A stretch of DNA of 35,491 bases from a virus (Duplodnaviria; Heunggongvirae; Uroviricota; Caudoviricetes), in IMG/VR virus record IMGVR_UViG_2671180778_000014, positions 1 through 35,491 of that record. One strand, written 5' to 3'. Both the position numbers and the translations under genes were made by a program. The stretch's first letter is position 1; each line of letters begins with the position of its first letter. Shown piece by piece: positions 27,606-34,454 of this stretch. The notes beneath the pieces are model-generated. The model searched no databases and was not told the DNA's origin. It saw only the letters and a program-made list of their open reading frames with translations.

Positions 27606-28211
27606 ATGCTAATTAATCAGCAACAAAGAGATGTATTAGAATTAGCCTTTTCTTGTTGTACCGATCATGAATATCGTTTGCCAGTTAAGCACCATCACAA
27701 GAAGACTGATTACACAACATCCGGCTTTAGTCGCGAGGAAGCTAAACAGATTTTAATCGAGTTGTATCGTGATCATGGGTATACCGATATTCATAACTTC
27801 TTTAAGAAGCACCGAACATCACAGACAGAGTTTAATAGAGTCCGTGAATGGTTTGATTTTGACATTAAGCGATTCTATCGAGTGGATGACGGTCCAATCT
27901 ATCGGTTGCAGTGGACACCGATTAGGGAAGTGCTTAAACAGAAGAGATTGAATCATGCCATTACACGCTATCGTAACGTGGCTTTTAAGAAAGGCTATGG
28001 TGATACAAGGGAACTATTCGTTGAACTCGCTAACGTGCGATATAGCCACTATTACAGGAATCCTAAAGAGTTCTTCGAAGTGCTGCGCAAGGTTGATATA
28101 AGTCGGGGTACATACTATTCACGGTTGAAGAAGTACGGGATTAAGGCAGAGTTCTTTATGTCGGTTGACGATGGAGAACTTTTTCCGATAAAATGTAAGT
28201 CCTCTAAATAA
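27606..28211 (+). CDS. hypothetical DNA-binding protein with C-terminal HTH
   Basis: 201 aa; C-terminal FEVLRKVDISRGTYYSRLKKYGI is HTH-like; RBS AAGGGGG; divergent from the terminase gene. Confidence 0.5.
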   Translation: MLINQQQRDVLELAFSCCTDHEYRLPVKHHHKKTDYTTSGFSREEAKQILIELYRDHGYTDIHNFFKKHRTSQTEFNRVREWFDFDIKRFYRVDDGPIYRLQWTPIREVLKQKRLNHAITRYRNVAFKKGYGDTRELFVELANVRYSHYYRNPKEFFEVLRKVDISRGTYYSRLKKYGIKAEFFMSVDDGELFPIKCKSSK

Positions 28212-28239
28212 AGGTGAACATTCACTTTAATTTGGAGAA

Positions 28240-28473
28240 ATGACTATGACTACTAAAGCTACTCGCGGTCGCCCTGCCCGTTTTAACGCTGAACAGATGG
28301 CTGATATTGCCTACGCTTACTATACAGCGGATCGCGGGAAGGAAGCGAAAGAACAGATTCTTAGTGAACATGGGATCTCAATCGCCCAATTCTATAAGAA
28401 TATGAAGAAGTTAGACATTAAATTCTATGTTCAGATCGGTGATGGTCAGATCGTAGAAGCAACAGGTTTTTGA
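28240..28473 (+). CDS. small HTH protein resembling a terminase small-subunit N-terminal DNA-binding domain
   Basis: 77 aa; TRGRPARFNAEQMADIAYAYY ... GISIAQFYKNMKK fits the GRPxK(F/Y) + HTH pattern of some small terminase N-termini (Sf6 gp1-like as recalled). Confidence 0.5.
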   Translation: MTMTTKATRGRPARFNAEQMADIAYAYYTADRGKEAKEQILSEHGISIAQFYKNMKKLDIKFYVQIGDGQIVEATGF

Positions 28474-28488
28474 GTTTTGATTCTCTTT

Positions 28489-28513
28489 GCCACTCTTCGG
28501 AGTGGCTTTTTTT
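28489..28513 (+). terminator. rho-independent terminator
   Basis: GCCACTC-ttcg-GAGTGGC hairpin followed by TTTTTTT. Confidence 0.6.
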
Positions 28514-28516
28514 ATG

Positions 28517-28544
28517 CCTATAGAAAACAAAAAAGCCCCGCACT
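28517..28544 (-). terminator. rho-independent terminator (conserved family)
   Basis: minus-strand AGCCTCGC-ctagt-GCGGGGCT followed by TTTTTTG; third copy of the AAAAAAGCCCC...GGCT module. Confidence 0.5.
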
Positions 28545-28558
28545 AGGCGAGGCTAAAA

Positions 28559-29029
28559 TCATACTTTGATTCGGACAAACTTGCATCCTAACTCATTTTC
28601 AATTCTTCGTTGACGGATCTCGTCTTGCTCTTTCTTGTACTGGTGTTCTGGTTCATCAATTTCATAAGCTATATTATTAACCGGATCATAACCATCAATT
28701 CGATAGTTTAACACCCGACACTGGCGAATCAGGTTGATACCTAAAACTTGTTCTATAGTGTTAAGAGCAATCTTTTCGGCAGTAGATAAACCAAAACGTA
28801 AGCCGTTATAGCGTTTATACATCGCATCTGCTAATTGTCCACACAGCATATAGTGACACTTTTTTCGATTTTGGGAATCTACATACACAGATTCAACAAA
28901 AGCAATTCCTGTATTTTTAGAAACTAACCTAACGTCACGCAAAACATCTTGATGTCTCTTTCCAAATTCTTTAGCCAAATCCAGAGAGCTAATCTGTTCT
29001 TTTTCTAATTGTAATGCAGCATTTCCCAT
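28559..29029 (-). CDS. Rha-type N-terminal domain protein with small C-terminal nuclease-like domain
   Basis: LAKEFGKRHQDVLRDVRLV matches the Rha regulatory domain signature; C-terminal YDPVNNIAYEIDEPEH ... KFVRIK has acidic residues compatible with an endonuclease-like fold (tentative). Confidence 0.5.
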   Translation of the reverse strand: MGNAALQLEKEQISSLDLAKEFGKRHQDVLRDVRLVSKNTGIAFVESVYVDSQNRKKCHYMLCGQLADAMYKRYNGLRFGLSTAEKIALNTIEQVLGINLIRQCRVLNYRIDGYDPVNNIAYEIDEPEHQYKKEQDEIRQRRIENELGCKFVRIKV

Positions 29030-29072
29030 AAAGTACCCCTTAAAAGCCCCTGAAATTCAGGGGCAAAAATTA

Positions 29073-29906
29073 TTACAGTCCGAAGACTTCCAGAGAGCCA
29101 GCATTCTGACGAATCAGCAAAGCAGTGTTATTAATGATTGCTCGTGAGTTATTCGGCTGTGGCAATTTCAAAGTTGCGGCCTTTTCTTCTTCAAGCAATC
29201 CGAGTTTTACGAGATGCGGGATAGCATCAGCAGTGAACTCGATCTGACCGTGTGCCGACATACGAGCGAACATATAGCCAGGAGGAAGCAGATCATAGCC
29301 TTTAGGCTTACCAGAAGCATCCAGACGACGCTCAAGAACACCAGCAGCACATAAACCTTTCAGAATCATTTGTACCTTCGTAGAGCCTCGTTTTTCGCCT
29401 AATAAGCGGCTAAGACTGTGTGCATCAATAGCTTTACGGATATGAAGATCAACTAATTGTTCTTTTTCTTGAATCAGTTGTTCGTTTGCGGCTTCTAATT
29501 CCATTGCCTCACGAATCCAATCGAGCTTAGTCATGTTTGCGTATGGGTTGACTTGCTGAGAACGCAGTTTTTCATTTTCTTCTTTCAGTCGTTTCCATTC
29601 CTGAATAACAACCATTCGACGCTTAACATCGTAACCAGTGACAAGAGTCAGAGTCATTTCTTCGTCTAGTTGATATTCGTTTTGTTCGCGTCCGTATTGG
29701 TCAAAATAGATGACGCGAAACTTCGCGTGATCTTCATAACCTAGAGCATTCAACATCTTAGTTATATCAACTTTAACTTTGTGGTGTTCTTTTCCGGTAA
29801 ATTCAGCGATCTGACGAGAAGACATGGTCAGTGGTTTGGTGTTATCAACAACCAGAGACACGGAAGCAGTTTTAACAGCAGTATTCATAGTAGTAACAGT
29901 ATTCAT
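29073..29906 (-). CDS. antirepressor-type regulator (Rha N-terminal domain + KilAC-like C-terminal domain)
   Basis: SSRQIAEFTGKEHHKVKVDITKMLNAL ... VIYFDQYGREQNEYQL is Rha-like; C-terminal LSRLLGEKRGSTKVQMILKGLCAAGVLERR ... GYMF is KilAC/Ant-like. Confidence 0.7.
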   Translation of the reverse strand: MNTVTTMNTAVKTASVSLVVDNTKPLTMSSRQIAEFTGKEHHKVKVDITKMLNALGYEDHAKFRVIYFDQYGREQNEYQLDEEMTLTLVTGYDVKRRMVVIQEWKRLKEENEKLRSQQVNPYANMTKLDWIREAMELEAANEQLIQEKEQLVDLHIRKAIDAHSLSRLLGEKRGSTKVQMILKGLCAAGVLERRLDASGKPKGYDLLPPGYMFARMSAHGQIEFTADAIPHLVKLGLLEEEKAATLKLPQPNNSRAIINNTALLIRQNAGSLEVFGL

Positions 29907-29977
29907 AGTAAAAATTCCCCTTAAACGGTTTAGTGATTTGGTCCTCCTAGTTCCGGCATCACTACCGGAACAATTTT

Positions 29978-29984
29978 ATTTATA
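29978..29984 (-). promoter_or_regulatory. candidate -10 element (TATAAAT) of recurring promoter motif
   Basis: minus-strand CTCTTATAAATAAA about 70 nt upstream of the start at 29906. Confidence 0.3.
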
Positions 29985-29998
29985 AGAGCTATTTCTTA

Positions 29999-30331
29999 TT
30001 ACCAATCGATTTCTACCTGATCTTCTTCGTAGTAAGGAATCGCATACTCATAACGCCAGTTTTCGATGATTTCACGTTCTTCATTGGTAAGAAGGTGATT
30101 GCTAACTGGAGTCGCATTATGATTACCAGCTTCGAATTGCTCGCGAACTTCCAGCATTGCATGAATACCAGTTAAAGACATAAGGTCAAACGGGATATGC
30201 ATACTACGTGAGATAGGTTCACGGGAAACGCCCCAATCATTTTCTACATGGCGAGCTTTAACCAAAACGGTTTTACCAATGATTTCTACAGTCCAGTCAT
30301 ACAAGGATTTAGTGATGGTAAATTCTTTCAT
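29999..30331 (-). CDS. hypothetical protein (early-type, downstream of a strong promoter)
   Basis: 110-aa ORF; strong sigma70-like promoter about 50 nt upstream. Confidence 0.5.
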   Translation of the reverse strand: MKEFTITKSLYDWTVEIIGKTVLVKARHVENDWGVSREPISRSMHIPFDLMSLTGIHAMLEVREQFEAGNHNATPVSNHLLTNEEREIIENWRYEYAIPYYEEDQVEIDW

Positions 30332-30387
30332 GTTACATCCTCTTTACAAATCTAGGTCAAATAGGTTCAAAATTGTCAAGTGCGATA

Positions 30388-30416
30388 ATCATAAAAAAGT
30401 CAAAAAATTTTGTCAA
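30388..30416 (-). promoter_or_regulatory. sigma70-type promoter (TTGACA - 17 nt - TATGAT)
   Basis: minus-strand TTGACA at 30416-30411, 17-nt AT-rich spacer, TATGAT at 30393-30388; further TTGACA boxes nearby. Confidence 0.5.
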
Positions 30417-30451
30417 TACCCCTTGACAAGATGCCAAAGGGTTGACCTAAC

Positions 30452-30919
30452 TTACAGCATATCTAAGCCTTCATCGTAACCGTAGAAGCTATTGTGAGAA
30501 GAAAAACAGATTGGTGCGTAGTCTTCGTCTTCCTCGTCTTCTTCATCTTGTTCTGGGGCTTCCTGAGCGGTTTCTTTGCCGTAGTTAAACATTGCTTCAT
30601 CCAGTTCATAGACAGTAACGAAGCTACCTAAATCAATGTCACCTGACCGGACTTCGAAAGGCAGATCATCACGAACAATAATTGCTGGTAGATTCTGGTA
30701 TTTCAGGCGATCTTCATCGGTGAAGCAGTTAACAACGATGGTAGGACGTTTATTTCTTCCGAAAACATACCATGCACTAGAGAAATGGGATTCATCGGTA
30801 TTGTAAAGGATGTTATAACCACGTTCACGGAACATCTTCATTAACTTGTCATTGTGAAAGCTATCTGCATCCAGACCCAGAAGGATAAAAGGAGTAGTGG
30901 TAGTCATTTTGTGGTTCAT
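30452..30919 (-). CDS. hypothetical acidic protein
   Basis: ATG at 30919 preceded by GAGGA with 8-nt spacer; C-terminal EQDEEDEEDEDY acidic tail. Confidence 0.5.
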   Translation of the reverse strand: MNHKMTTTTPFILLGLDADSFHNDKLMKMFRERGYNILYNTDESHFSSAWYVFGRNKRPTIVVNCFTDEDRLKYQNLPAIIVRDDLPFEVRSGDIDLGSFVTVYELDEAMFNYGKETAQEAPEQDEEDEEDEDYAPICFSSHNSFYGYDEGLDML

Positions 30920-30965
30920 AGTGGTAATCCTCAAAAAGAAAGTTAATCAAAGTAATTCTGATATT

Positions 30966-30972
30966 ATTTATA
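30966..30972 (-). promoter_or_regulatory. candidate -10 element (TATAAAT) of recurring promoter motif
   Basis: minus-strand CTCTTATAAATAATA about 50 nt upstream of the start at 30919. Confidence 0.3.
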
Positions 30973-31224
30973 AGAGAAAATTCTTGATGATTTTGGAAGG
31001 GATGGATTCAGTCGGGCTAAAGCCCTCCTTCATAGATTTGATTAAAAGACCAGCAAACGTAACTCGGATCTTATAGTTAATATAGTTATCTTTGAAGAAA
31101 TAATAATCAGGAAGCAATTTCAGCAACCGCAGGTTGCGATCCCGAAGGGATAACCAATACCTTTCTAGAAAGTGATTGTTACTCACTTCGTTCGTTTACT
31201 AGAATCAGTTATCATCTAGTATTA

Positions 31225-31595
31225 AATCCCTTTCTAAGAAAATCCTTTCAAAAGTGAGTGAACGCCGTAGGCGTGAACGTGAGCGAAGCGAACTATCCAA
31301 TCCCTTTCGAATCCTGCTTGCAGGTCTTAGAAGGTGTTGGTGGGCGCTACGCGCACGGCTACGCCGTATTCTTTTTGCGAGATCTTTCTTGAACGTAGTG
31401 AGAGAAAGCGAGCAAAAAGGAGAACGTTAGTTCGAATTTTATATTCTATGGTCTGTTGGGTATAATCCCTTTCAAGATCATACACTTACGTGATTGAAGT
31501 GTAGGGTTAGTGTAGGTGTGTAGGTTTCATAGTGTAGGTTTGAGAGTGTTATAGTGTAGGTTTACTGGCTAGTGTAGTGTAGGCCAATCCCTTTA
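31225..31595 (+). repeat. dispersed direct repeats of the 10-mer AATCCCTTT(C/A)
   Basis: copies at 31225, 31299, 31464 and 31586, a degenerate copy at 31241, and an inverted copy at 35108-35117. Confidence 0.6.
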
Positions 31596-31617
31596 AAGTG
31601 TAGGTGTGTAGTGTAGG
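31499..31617 (+). repeat. iteron array of the heptamer GTGTAGG (about 10 copies, mostly GTGTAGGTT)
   Basis: copies at 31499, 31510, 31518, 31532, 31554, 31577, 31598, 31611 plus GTGTAGT variants at 31572 and 31606, followed by an AT-rich stretch. Confidence 0.7.
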
Positions 31618-31813
31618 TTTTCTATCAAAAATTTTGACAAAAATTATTGTATATTATTTAACCAAAAAATCACCAAAAAGCGGCGTAAATTCATGATTTA
31701 AAAGAAATTTTCAAAAGATCTCCGTGCCATAATAGGTTATAAAGGTTGATAATCATTATTTGCCATTTTCAAACAAAAATTTTGATACACTTTTCTCGCT
31801 TAGATCATTGGTA

Positions 31814-31842
31814 TTGACAAGTGTCAAGAACTATTTTATACT
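31814..31842 (+). promoter_or_regulatory. consensus sigma70 promoter (TTGACA - 17 nt - TATACT)
   Basis: TTGACA at 31814-31819, 17-nt spacer, TATACT at 31837-31842. Confidence 0.6.
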
Positions 31843-31849
31843 TTTTCTC

Positions 31850-32007
31850 ACTGGTAGGGGTTGAAATTTTCCAAACAATCCACATATAGATGATAAGCAT
31901 GATTTTTTCGTGTATAAATACATGCATGAAAAATGATTGTTCACTTCTGAAAACCTCCTGACTCACTGTTAACTCATACAGCACTGGTTAGATACACAGT
32001 GCTTTTT
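31850..32007 (+). ncRNA. candidate small non-coding RNA (promoter-to-terminator unit)
   Basis: about 160 nt between the consensus promoter and an intrinsic terminator (AGCACTG ... CAGTGCT + TTTTT at 31980-32007); no RBS-supported ORF. Confidence 0.3.
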
Positions 32008-32131
32008 CGGTTGAATATTGTACGGATTGATTAATTATTAATCTTCTCTTTAGCAATTCGTGCTCCCTCTGATCGGATATACAGTGGTTTTACAGAGTTT
32101 TTGAAAATCATTTTTATAAATAGAATTGTTC

Positions 32132-32150
32132 AGAGCGAAAAGCTCTTTTT
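32132..32150 (+). terminator. terminator/attenuator hairpin
   Basis: AGAGC-gaaa-GCTCT followed by TTTTT, 35 nt upstream of the 60-aa gene. Confidence 0.4.
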
Positions 32151-32186
32151 AAAAAAATCATTATTCCAGATTTAGGAGGATTCAAG

Positions 32187-32369
32187 ATGGCACGACCTGT
32201 TAAGTTCACTCGTGAAATCGTTTTAGAAATGGCAAAGCGTTATTTTGAACTGACACCTGATGTAGTGATGGGTGATTGGTTTAAAGGTGAAGGCATTGAT
32301 CAATCAACCTTCCATAAACTTTTAAAGAAGTATGAAATTCGCGTAAAGATTACCGCCGAGGTGTGGTAA
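32187..32369 (+). CDS. small HTH protein (paralog of the 77-aa protein)
   Basis: 60 aa; ARPVKFTREIVLEMAKRY ... GIDQSTFHKLLKKY parallels RGRPARFNAEQMADIAYAYY ... GISIAQFYKNMKK; RBS AGGAGG. Confidence 0.5.
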   Translation: MARPVKFTREIVLEMAKRYFELTPDVVMGDWFKGEGIDQSTFHKLLKKYEIRVKITAEVW

Positions 32370-32413
32370 TAACCTTTGACTGAGAATTATATGATGGCTT
32401 TAAAAATAAAAAA

Positions 32414-32441
32414 GCCTCCCTGTTGGCGCAAGGAGGCTTTT
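32414..32441 (+). terminator. rho-independent terminator
   Basis: GCCTCC-ctgttggcgcaa-GGAGGC followed by TTTT. Confidence 0.5.
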
Positions 32442-32486
32442 GATATGAACAATTAAAACTAACACAGCATTCAGGAGTATTTATAA

Positions 32487-33488
32487 ATGAAAAATTCTAA
32501 GCGCATCACCTTCAACCTGTTCATTAAATCCAACGGCAAACTGAACATTACCGTTATGGAAGGTAAAGCAAGCAAACAAGACAAATCCTTTGAAGTAGTA
32601 TCCGGTAAGACTCTGACCGAAATGCGTCAGAATGCTGGCATCAAAGACGGTGCTGAATGGCAGATCACTAACCGTTTCGACAAACGTCACGTTAAACCTA
32701 CACTGGTAGAAGGTGAATCCGTTTATTGCTTCGCTCGTGCTGTTAAAGCCGATGAAACTTACTATCTCGCTGTTATTAAAACTGCTTCCGGTTTCCGTGC
32801 TGTAATGCATCACAAGAGCAAGCGTAACGAATACGGCGTAGAGACCCAGGAAGTTGCAAAACGCTTCCGTACTGTTGCTACTGAATCCACTGTAAAAGAT
32901 GTTTCTGGTACTGTTAACACCGCTAAAGGCGGTTCCTTCTACAACCACGCATTACAGGTTACTTCCTCCTTCTTCTGCAAAAAAGAAGCACAGAAAGAAG
33001 TTGCTCCGGTAGTAGTTGAAGAAGTTAAAGAAGAAGTAGCAGTGGTTGAATCTTCCGAAGTTGAAGCACTGAAAGCACGCATCGCTGAACTGGAAGCTGA
33101 AAACGCATCTCTGAAAGCTGAACTGGCAGCACAGGAAACCACTTTCGAAGTAGCAGCGGTTGAAGTTGAAGCAGTTGAAGAAAAATCCATTGATGAAGAA
33201 CTGGAAGAACTCCTTAACTATCGCTGGGGTAACGGTGAAGAAGTAGAACAGGAAGAACAGAAAGAAGCTGATCCGGTAGTAGTTCCGGTTGAAGCAGAAT
33301 CCGCACCAGTTACTAACTTTGAATCCCTGCGCAATAACTTTATGGCTAAATTCAAAACCACTTGGGAAGATACCGAAGAAGAACAAGAAGAGATTGATGT
33401 AAACGAAGACGAGATCCGCGAAGCACAGATGGCACTGCATGACGCTATCTATGACACCAACTACAGCGCCTACGCATACGCAGCTTAA
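32487..33488 (+). CDS. acidic coiled-coil protein with host-optimal codon usage (function unknown)
   Basis: 333 aa; N-terminal ~170-aa Lys/Thr-rich domain, then EALKARIAELEAENASLKAELAAQ coiled coil and acidic tail; codons are almost exclusively E. coli high-expression choices (CTG, CGT, GGT, GCT, TCC, AAC, GAA), unlike the rest of the window. Confidence 0.6.
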   Translation: MKNSKRITFNLFIKSNGKLNITVMEGKASKQDKSFEVVSGKTLTEMRQNAGIKDGAEWQITNRFDKRHVKPTLVEGESVYCFARAVKADETYYLAVIKTASGFRAVMHHKSKRNEYGVETQEVAKRFRTVATESTVKDVSGTVNTAKGGSFYNHALQVTSSFFCKKEAQKEVAPVVVEEVKEEVAVVESSEVEALKARIAELEAENASLKAELAAQETTFEVAAVEVEAVEEKSIDEELEELLNYRWGNGEEVEQEEQKEADPVVVPVEAESAPVTNFESLRNNFMAKFKTTWEDTEEEQEEIDVNEDEIREAQMALHDAIYDTNYSAYAYAA

Positions 33489-33503
33489 TAGAGGGGTGAA
33501 TCT

Positions 33504-33746
33504 ATGATGAATCAAAACAAAGAATTTCTGGGTAACTTGATGTTAGAAATTACCAAAATGAAAGAAAGAATGGTAGCGATGGAATCAGAGATTAAAACTC
33601 TTAAAGCTGATAATAAGGCGTTGAGAAAGTCCTTAAAGCTGATTGATGAGACTAATGCTGTTATGATGGATCATGTATTCCCTGAGTGGCGAAATGAAAC
33701 TAAACCTACACAACATAAGAAACCTACACTTCGAATTGTTGCATAA
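33504..33746 (+). CDS. small coiled-coil protein
   Basis: 80 aa; RBS GAGGGGTG; heptad-like KERMVAMESEIKTLKADNKALRKSLKLI. Confidence 0.5.
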   Translation: MMNQNKEFLGNLMLEITKMKERMVAMESEIKTLKADNKALRKSLKLIDETNAVMMDHVFPEWRNETKPTQHKKPTLRIVA

Positions 33747-33768
33747 AAAAGGGACTCCGAAGAGTCCC
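33745..33768 (-). terminator. terminator hairpin (minus-strand orientation, possibly bidirectional)
   Basis: GGGACTC-cgaa-GAGTCCC preceded by AAAAAA on the plus strand, which gives a T-run on the minus strand. Confidence 0.4.
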
Positions 33769-33845
33769 TAGTAAGTTTAGGTTAGGTTTGCACAACAAAG
33801 ATGAGGTTATAATGAACATAATGCTACATTATTCTTTAAAGCCAG

Positions 33846-33871
33846 AAAAATAACCGCCCCCGAAGGGGCGG
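33846..33871 (-). terminator. rho-independent terminator
   Basis: minus-strand CCGCCCC-ttcg-GGGGCGG followed by TTATTTTT. Confidence 0.4.
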
Positions 33872-34028
33872 GAGGATTAATACTCAATCTATACTTGTTA
33901 TGTTTTTATGTTGTATAGATCACTGACTATGAAAACACTGTACTGGATGTGTTTTATGGCTTTTAATCGGGAATCCTCAAAGAAGATCCCCTGTTAATAA
34001 CCATAAGGAGAAAAGGCAGATTACACTA

Positions 34029-34202
34029 TTATTTAGTATCCTTTTTACAGCAACTAAAAAGAATAAACAGGATTAAGCATACCCAGCCGTAAGGCGTACC
34101 GATTAGAAATTTGAAAAATACCACCAGCGATATAAAAATCAATTTAATGCCAGCGACGATAGTCAAAAACAGCAGAGTAGCAAAGTAGACAAAAAGATCC
34201 AT
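34029..34202 (-). CDS. small membrane protein (57 aa)
   Basis: RBS AGAGGA 7 nt upstream of ATG; MDLFVYFATLLFLTIVAGIKLIFISLVVFFKFLIGTPYGWVCLILFILFSCCKKDTK is strongly hydrophobic with two predicted helices. Confidence 0.35.
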   Translation of the reverse strand: MDLFVYFATLLFLTIVAGIKLIFISLVVFFKFLIGTPYGWVCLILFILFSCCKKDTK

Positions 34203-34255
34203 AGATAATCCTCTTTGAAAACGACCATCATCTATAGTTCAATTCATCGATTTAA

Positions 34256-34357
34256 TTAATGATACTTGAAAGCGTTACACACAGCAGAAATGCCAATATG
34301 TGCCAGTGAATATACGATAGTTAATCCTACAGCCAGATAAATTAAAAATTCAACCAT
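34256..34357 (-). CDS. small hydrophobic peptide (33 aa)
   Basis: RBS GAGGA then ATG; MVEFLIYLAVGLTIVYSLAHIGISAVCNAFKYH. Confidence 0.3.
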   Translation of the reverse strand: MVEFLIYLAVGLTIVYSLAHIGISAVCNAFKYH

Positions 34358-34454
34358 AGGTAAATCCTCAAATAAGAAAAAGGTTAGCGGGGGGTGATTC
34401 CCCCCGTAGACGTTGACCATCAACATCTTTCATACATTTATTTATAACGAGTTT

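Noticed and set aside
30968-31186. 72-aa minus-strand ORF (GTG start)
   Set aside because: Non-ATG start, no RBS, lies in a hairpin-rich non-coding region (GCAACC-gca-GGTTGC and ATCCC-gaa-GGGAT at 31123-31151)
31295-31325. tRNA-like TTCGAATCC T-loop motif
   Set aside because: Flanking bases do not form a T-stem and no acceptor stem or anticodon arm can be built around it
31499-31617. Possible CRISPR array
   Set aside because: Repeat unit is only 7-9 nt with almost no spacers; this is an iteron or binding-site array
32952-33515. 187-aa minus-strand ORF rich in Phe/Cys
   Set aside because: Antisense to the codon-optimised 333-aa gene; GAA/GAG-rich sense strand gives TTC/CTC-rich antisense ORFs
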